Of a stretch of DNA of 64,000 bases, positions 56,438-64,000 are shown piece after piece; position 1 is the stretch's first letter; every line of letters begins with the position of its first letter. The stretch lies in NCBI GenBank assembly GCA_965202585.1, contig OZ241827.1, positions 57,722,001 to 57,786,000 on the forward strand, in the 5' to 3' direction. The position numbers and the translations under genes were made by a program. A model generated the notes under the pieces. That model was not told the DNA's origin and ran no database searches. It worked only from the letters and a program-made list of their open reading frames with translations. This stretch comes from Thalia democratica. Lineage: Eukaryota.

Positions 56438-59400
56438 GTATTAAATGAGTACTATTTTTATATGGGTTTCTTAGGTTTTTCAAAAGGAGCTTTGTAACTA
56501 GTTCATCCTCTAACAAATTAGATTAGCCAGTAATTATTAATAATTTAAACATTTGTAATGCTTATGGTACTTTTTATATTACCTTTTATCTGTTTATATG
56601 CTAAAATATCCGATTTTTTACTAAAATTTTTAAATCAGTTTATGTATATAAATCTTACAAAATGTATAAAAAAGTTAAATTGAATTTTAAAGATAGCCGC
56701 TAATACTTTAAAACTTGATTTTAAAGTTATTCTATTTAAAACAATTGTATTTAAGTTAAATATGCTTGAATTCGATTTTTGTGTATAATACTATAAAATA
56801 ACTTAATAATTACCATAATTAAAATGAAATACAAGTTAGTTGATAGCATTTTAAATTATCGCAAGCTTTTTCAAAATTTGCAGAAATCCAATCTTCAATT
56901 AACAAAGAGTCTCTTTGTTTATATCAAGTATAAAATAAACAATTAAAACAGATTCACAAAGAGATTAGAATGAGTTAAAATAAATTAAAATGAGAAAATT
57001 TTGTTGCTATCTTTATGGTATTATTTTTATTATGTTGTCTATTTTTTTACCTTTAAATGTTGTTTGTATTGCAAATAGTATTACAAAGTTTTAAAGGTTT
57101 TATCTATTTTAGTTGGTAATTTTTTAGTGTTCTTCTAAATTTTTAATCATCAAAATGAAAAAAAAAGTTGAATTGAAAAATTTAACAATTTCTAGATGTT
57201 TAAATATAATGCTTAAAGTTATGGTTTTTAGTAATATATGAATTATTCTTTAGACACAAAGAGCTAGGTACGTAGCTTGGTACATGTCTGCAAATCTGCA
57301 GAAATCAGCTTTTAGTACTCGTTTACTCCTAAGAGATAATTTAGACATATATCTCCTCTTTAGCACTTTTAGTGTCGTAAAAGTTAAATGAAGTAAACAC
57401 ATCTAACTTGTCCTGTACAAAACGTTAAAAGGTATCCGAGTAGTGTGCGACCAGATAACCGAAAGATTTTTTCGTGCACCGGGTCTTAGGATCAAACTTT
57501 TTAAGCGATTGTATACATTTATCTCATGTAGATTCATTTTATCAAAAAGCTATGAATTACAAGTTTTATTCTAATAATATCTTTAGTCTTTTCTTCAAAA
57601 TCATACAACTATAAGTTACAAAAGTTTGCATAATTTAATGATGCTTTTGTGCTGAATACTTTAAATGTTTGATTTTTTTTAATTCTACAAATTCTGAGTG
57701 CTGTAAAGTTAACAATGTTACTGCTTAAAACTTAAATGTTTAGTAAAATTGAGGCAAAAATCAGAAATAAGATTTGTTGAAAATGTCAAGATTTTAAGTT
57801 GTTATAAATTAAACAGTATCAATAAATGTGTTGAACTTTATTTTTGTAAATCTCTTCTGCTTTTTGGTAAAGTCCTAAAAGTTTAAAATGTTCATCAAAT
57901 AAATGTAATAAATTTTGCAAATTACTTCTGAATTGCGAGAAATTTTATAAAAAATTTAAACTTTTAGACTTATCATATTTATTTTTGAGTTTAGTTATGA
58001 TTTTCTTATACTTATTTAGATTCAAAGTTTTTATCGATTTACACAAGTGGCACAGGAGTCAAGAGCAACATAAATTGCCTTGTATACAGTTTTTACTCAT
58101 ACTTTAGCATTCTAATTTTGACAATTCATCTTGTTTTTAATTAAATAATTTTTTCTTTATAGAATATTATTATTTTTACACAATAAATTAACTGTTTTTG
58201 TATGTTTAAGTATTTTGTTGTTAAATTACATGTACTAATACGAAATTTAGCAAAGTTTTTATAAGTTGATTTACCAAATGCTAAACCTACACTAGTAAAA
58301 CTTTATACAAAGCTTTGAAAAAATCAATTAGTTTAAAAAACAGAATAAAATAACAAAAACTAAGCACAAATATAAACTTTAAGCTAGATTATTTAAATAT
58401 AATCAACGTAACATCAAAACTTAACCTTACTTTATAATAACCATATTCAGCTTATTTCTGACTCTTTATAATTATAAAATTAACATAAAGGATTGATCAT
58501 ACCACTTATTTCATCAGACTACAAGCTCTCGGTAGACTAATACTCGAGTTTCGTTTCTAGACTTTTCAGTCAGTCGTAACCGCAAATTCCTCTAATTCTC
58601 AATCTATAAACGTTGTATCCTGTATTAACGTGAAGGTAGCATTTTGATAAAAAAGCATTTGAGTAGCAGGATTGCAGGATTGCATAAATAAAGAATTCTA
58701 AATAACTGCTCAATTAGTTTTGTTGTAATTTTCTCAAAGATATACAAAAAGTATTTATTCTGCACTTTTGTTGTGCAGTGCCGAAAAAATGCTTTTTCCC
58801 AGAGTTATTATATTGAATTAGACTAAATTTTAACCGTTTAACTTATTAAAATATTAGTACAAGCACCTTTAACTATTTTTTTTCGGCTTACGACAAAAAG
58901 GCGCTCAAAAAATTTTGTCTAAAGACCCGGAGTACGAGAAAACTTTTTAGTTGTCAAGTCATACTTCAAAGAACTCGGAATTCTTATTCAAAGTATAAGT
59001 CACAATAATAATGAGCAAAAGTAGTTTATTTTTAGTCTTAATACTTATTAGACGTAACCTCAAACATACTTTTTTTTGTGTGTTTAAGCAGATATCCGTA
59101 GTTAAAATTTTTAAATTTAATTCTTTGACTTGCTTCTAATTTATTAAACACTCTTGGACGTTTAAAAATAAATTTCTACATATAACTTAGTTTAAAAATA
59201 AAATTTTTAGACTTATTTGATTTCGTGTTTAAAAAAGGTTTTTAAACAAATTTGCCCTGATTTAAAAGCTAATTTTTTTCATTTTTTATGATCACTATAA
59301 TAAAAATTTTTGCATTTATGGTTTAATTGTGAACTTGATTAAAGAAAGTAAAACGCACTGATCGAAAATATAGCTGTTGAAGTTATGTGTAGATAAAATT

Positions 59401-62400
59401 TAATAGAATATTCACACCTTTTTAAGATGACTTAAGTAAAAGCTGCTTGAATTCGTTTCTTACAAAATCAAAAACCTCGTCTACGTAATCGGTGGATGGA
59501 CTGATGGTGGAAAAATTATATAGAGTGAAAAAATAAAATATTGACGCAAATATTTAGAGTCATGAAATACTTTAGTTTATTGAATGCTTTTGCTATTATT
59601 AATAAGCTCAGTGAATATTTTTTCTAAAAATTAACTCAAAAACAGTAAGTCAGGGATCGGTAGGCATTTGGTGGTCACGTTCCGAATTTGTAAAAAAAAA
59701 GTATTCGCGGGCCGATGCTCTAAATTTTACTTTTCATAACGGAACTAAAATATACAGTGTAACTTTCGATTTTTTTAATAAGTTGATTAAATTAGCTTTA
59801 GTTTTGGTACAAATTAAGATTATACATTTGTTTTATAATATTGCTTAAAAATTAAAGTCTTTGTTTTAACATGATTAGTGAATCTATGGTTTGGTTTTTT
59901 TTTTAACTTTTATCACAAGAATTACTTAGAAAAACTTTTAAAGGATTTCTAAATTTTAAATATTAATCAAGTTTATTTTAATTTAACAATTTGTATATAT
60001 AAATTAAATACTTAATATTGGTTGAGAAAAAAGTAAACATATTTGTATGTAAATCTATACATCTTACAGAATACTTGTACTATGTAGATTTGAATTATTC
60101 GAATATGTCATCTTAAATATAAGCAAAATAAAAAAAACAAAGTTTTGTTGCTAATAAATCAAAATATATTTAAGGTTAGTGAAATGCATAAACGTATAAG
60201 TTATAAAAACTAAATAGTTTTTTTTGGTAAAATAATGATATAGATTAAAGTACTTCTATAAAGATTTATGAAAACTGTCACTTCTTATTTACTTAAAAAA
60301 TTCATCTGTTTTAAAAACAGCAAAACTTTTTGTAAAGTGAAAACGTGATAAATTGATAAAATTTTGTTCAAAAGCTACGCTTTGGTACAAATAAAAACAA
60401 CATCCCCCTCATTTTATTCGTACATAAACACATGTGTAAACACATAAACGTATGTTTGTATATCTTAATAAAACACCATAAGTGCGAAAGATTTCATTGT
60501 TAATTGTTTAAAATAAGGATGTTGTTTACCATTGATAAAGTGTATGCTGTTTTGCTTTGTACTTTTAAAGTATTTCTAATAATTTTTTTACTGAATTATA
60601 CATTTAGTACAGCTTTTTTCAAACTTATCTACTAATCGCTGTTTTGTCTGGTTCTGAAACGATTTTGTCCCCTGATTAATTATACAGATAAATATTTATT
60701 AAAAGTGTATTTAAATATCTTCTTTGAAATTTAGTTATAATATTGAGTTAAACAAATTAAAATAGTATACAAAACCAGTATGAAAAGTTTTATATCAGTG
60801 AAAACAACTACTTAATTTTATGTCTATAAAGGTATATGAAATCTAAAGTAAGTCCCAACAATATTTACATTCAAAGACAAACAAGTTGTTCTTGATTATA
60901 CGTTTGAATTAGCTAGTTGAGAGCTAGTTTTGGGTATTTTCTATCACACACTATTAAAACTCACATATAGTTAAGTAATTTAAACTGGTCTACCTGTATT
61001 GAGAAAAAAAAAGTTTTTGAAACTTATTTTATAGTTTTTTTCATTTCATTAACACTCTTTTGAACGATAATGTTGCTTATTTGTTATATATGAAGTTACT
61101 AATGGAAAAACTAAACTATTTTTAAATGTTTGTTTATTAAATATTTATTTATTATCATAGACAACAAAATTTTGTTTTAAGAATAATTCAGTTTTTCTAA
61201 AACTATGAATTTTATACTTTATTTCTAACATTAATACAAATTCATATAATTTACCACCTATATACATTTACACAAACTGTTATTCCTGCCTTTTTTTTAA
61301 TTTAGATGATAATGTTTGAATCTTAAAATAAGCTTAAGTTTATGATTTATAATGTATCTCATTTTTAAGCGATTAGGTAATTTGTGAAAATTTGTAATGC
61401 TATCAGTGCTGCGTTATTTCTATACTAAACCATTATATTTCCTTAAATTTGAACACAGAATAAAGTTTATTGGAAATTATATAGCTTTTATAAAACGTTT
61501 GAAGGAAATTTCTAATCATAAGATTATCAAATTATTTTTTTAAATGGGTTTATACAAGAAAAAAAAATGTTTGTTCTTGTAAAATACTTTAAGAATCATA
61601 GTTTAAACTAAGTTAAAACTGATTATGTACCTATTTGTTAGTTTTGCTTTTCAAAAGTTGTTTTTATTTAGTAGAAACATTTCTATAGAAAGTATTCTTA
61701 ACATTTGAAACCTACTAACGAATTGTAAAACTAAAGTATTTTGATTAAGTATTGTTTAGATAATGATGAAACAAATAAAAAAGAGGGTTCCCTTTTGTCT
61801 AAAGTTTGAAAGCGCAAAACATTTTTGAGGCTTAAACTTAAAGTGACTATAAAGTATACTTAATCAATTATTGAAAATTTCAATATTGATACACCTAAAC
61901 AACAGTAGGTATTCGTCGTCCTGTATTTATAGTATACCACGTTTGCGCTCTAAACAAATTTAGTAATATTTTTAAGGTAAGTATTGATTAAAGTTTCTAT
62001 TATAACACATATTAAGTTAAAGATAAAAGTCTGGTTATGGAAACAGTAGTTTCCGAATATAACTTTAGGGGAAATTTTTTACATGGGGTTAAATTAATGG
62101 TTATAATTTTCGAAGAAAATATTAACTATAAGTGAAAAACTAATCTATGTTCCATATTGTTGTAGAAAACATTTTCAAAAGTAAGTCTCTGAAAAATATT
62201 GTACAATTTCATGTCTAAAGCAGTAGTGTCAATAGTTTATTTTTAGCATATTCTCTTAATGCTATGAACGGTATTTTATTATAAATATTTACTTTTTCTT
62301 TACTTGAGTTTATCCTATCAATAAGTTTTATTTAAAATTTTAAAGCTTAAAAAATTCAAATTAACGAAGTTTAAGAAGTGTAAAAAGGTTTAAAAGTTTA

Positions 62401-62632
62401 GCTATTACACTACCTGGTTAGCATAAGTGGTGAGACATAAAAATAATCTATACAAAAAACTTATTATTTTTTCAAATTAAAGACCATTTTTTAAAAATTT
62501 TGAAACACAAGGCATACTTATAGAACAATTTTCTATAGTAAAAAATTAGTAGTTAAATTTTAATATAAGTTTACAGCAGTGTAGTAATTTAACAACCGTT
62601 TACGATTGTTGTTATTTGTATATATTTTTATA

Positions 62633-63326
62633 AGGTAGATGTCAAATTTGCACGAGTGTACAAAATTGCACGAAGGAAAAAAATTGCACGAAGACTAATT
62701 TGCACGAGGGCACAAAATTACACAAAGATAAAATTGTACGAAGATACTTTTACACGAGCAGACAATTTCGCACGGAGACATCTTTGCACGGGTTATTTTT
62801 TTTTACATTTTTAGTTTCTGTATTAGTTTTAATGTCTTTTTTTAATTTAGTTTTTTTTTACTATCACTGTTATCCCTAAACCTTACCCTCGGTCGGTAAG
62901 TTATTTTTTTTATTAATAAAAAAATCTTTTAATTTTTTTATTTTTCACTATCACTGTTACCCCTAATCCTTACTCTCGGTCGGTAGCATTTTTTTAATTT
63001 TTTTTTCATAACTATTTTATTAGTAGCTTTTTTTTTTACTATCAGCGTTACCCCTAGCCCTTACCGTCGGTCAGTAATTTTTTTTTTTTTTTTACTGATT
63101 TTTATTATTTTCTATTATCTGTATTTTTTACTCCCGTGAAAAATGTAACAAGTGAAAAATTGACTGTTGGTGCAAAATCGTCTTCGTGAAATTTTGTTCC
63201 TTCGTGCAATTGTGTGCCCTCGTGCAAATTTGGCTTCGTGCATGTTTGTGCACTCGTTCAATTTTTTTCTCGTTCAATTTAGTAACCTCGTGCATTTTTG
63301 TCTTCGTGCAATTTAGACCCGTTCCC
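62633..63326 (-). mobile_element. Non-autonomous MULE/foldback-like DNA element, copy 2 (opposite orientation to 8138-8681)
   Basis: 9-bp TSD ATTTTTATA / ATTCTTATA (8/9); same termini (TTTAGACCCGTTCCC, TGTCAAATTTG), GCACGAG subterminal arrays and three CCCCTAA-containing internal units. Confidence 0.75.
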
Positions 63327-64000
63327 ATTCTTATACTATAGAGTGAATCGTTAACAGTTGCAATAACTTTTACTTAAAAAGGAACTTCAGTAAAGGTTTT
63401 TAATAAGATATATTATTAGTTTTAACATTTAATAATTCTAAATATTTTTTTTAAATTCTTATCAAACTAAAGTGTATAGTGTTTTAATAAATCAAACGTA
63501 AGTATTGCTCGCTATTCCCTATAAAATAAAAATTTCTCCATATTTTTCTATTTACGTGTTAAAACTATCTAAAATGGACCATGTCACCTTTTAGTGAAAC
63601 CCTAAGTAAGTACATTTGTTTCATATCGAAAGTTTTACAAAAATTTAGCTCTAAACCTAAAACTAATATTTTTAGAATTGTTCTTTTTAAATTGAAAAGA
63701 AAAATATTCGTGTAAACAAACTTGTTTTGTGTTAAAGTTTTCAAAGTTTACCTCGCAATAAGCTTACAATAAGCTTTTAGGTGACTAATGTTTATTTTTA
63801 ATACTAATTTTAATGTATTAGTGTTTAAGGAGTCTAAACACTATTAGTTATAGATTAAATAGTTGTTTTGAATAATGTACTGTAAAGTTTCATAATTCAG
63901 GGTAAAATTTGCTTATGTGTTTGGGCTGCTTATGACAGTAAGAAAAAATACTTTATAAGTTAGTTTGAAGAATAGCCTTTTTTAATTTAACAAAAAAAAT

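Noticed and set aside
59649-59720. CAGGGATCGG...GCGGGCCG resembling a hAT-Charlie 5' end
   Set aside because: No matching 3' TIR or TSD found.
700-63328. Most remaining short ORFs in the supplied track (antisense to exons or AT-rich intronic)
   Set aside because: They are shadows of real exons or low-complexity F/L/K/I-rich chance ORFs.
1-64000. Prokaryotic systems (CRISPR arrays, operons, rRNA, tRNA)
   Set aside because: The sequence is intron-rich eukaryotic DNA. No regularly spaced repeat-spacer array or tRNA/rRNA structure was seen.

Overview
Very AT-rich eukaryotic (metazoan) genomic DNA, probably a tunicate/ascidian. That assignment is inferred from the LDLa-7TM receptor type and from a Ciona-like spliced-leader motif. 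The + strand carries a multi-exon ADAMTS-like (punctin/ADAMTSL1/3, MADD-4-like) gene at about 2729-40310. I reconstructed 33 phase-consistent coding exons (5190 nt, about 1729 aa): signal peptide, TSR1, Cys-rich module, spacer, 8 TSRs, 4 Ig domains and 4 TSRs, with no PLAC exon found. Its 11.3 kb central intron holds a candidate internal first exon with its own signal peptide that splices in frame (a possible short MADD-4B-like isoform) and a roughly 0.9 kb tandem duplication of a splice donor. The - strand carries a disabled LDLa-repeat GPCR (GRL101/RXFP-like, no LRRs) at about 48472-51842. Mobile DNA includes a Penelope-like GIY-YIG remnant with inverted pLTR arms and a minimal hammerhead-like motif, two 9-bp-TSD MULE/foldback-like elements with telomere-like internal repeats, and an 8-bp-TSD hAT-like element. 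Two copies of a repeat carry an ascidian spliced-leader-like 16-mer directly before a hammerhead-ribozyme core. A near-perfect 391-bp-arm palindrome lies downstream of the ADAMTSL gene. All calls are manual; no database searches were run.
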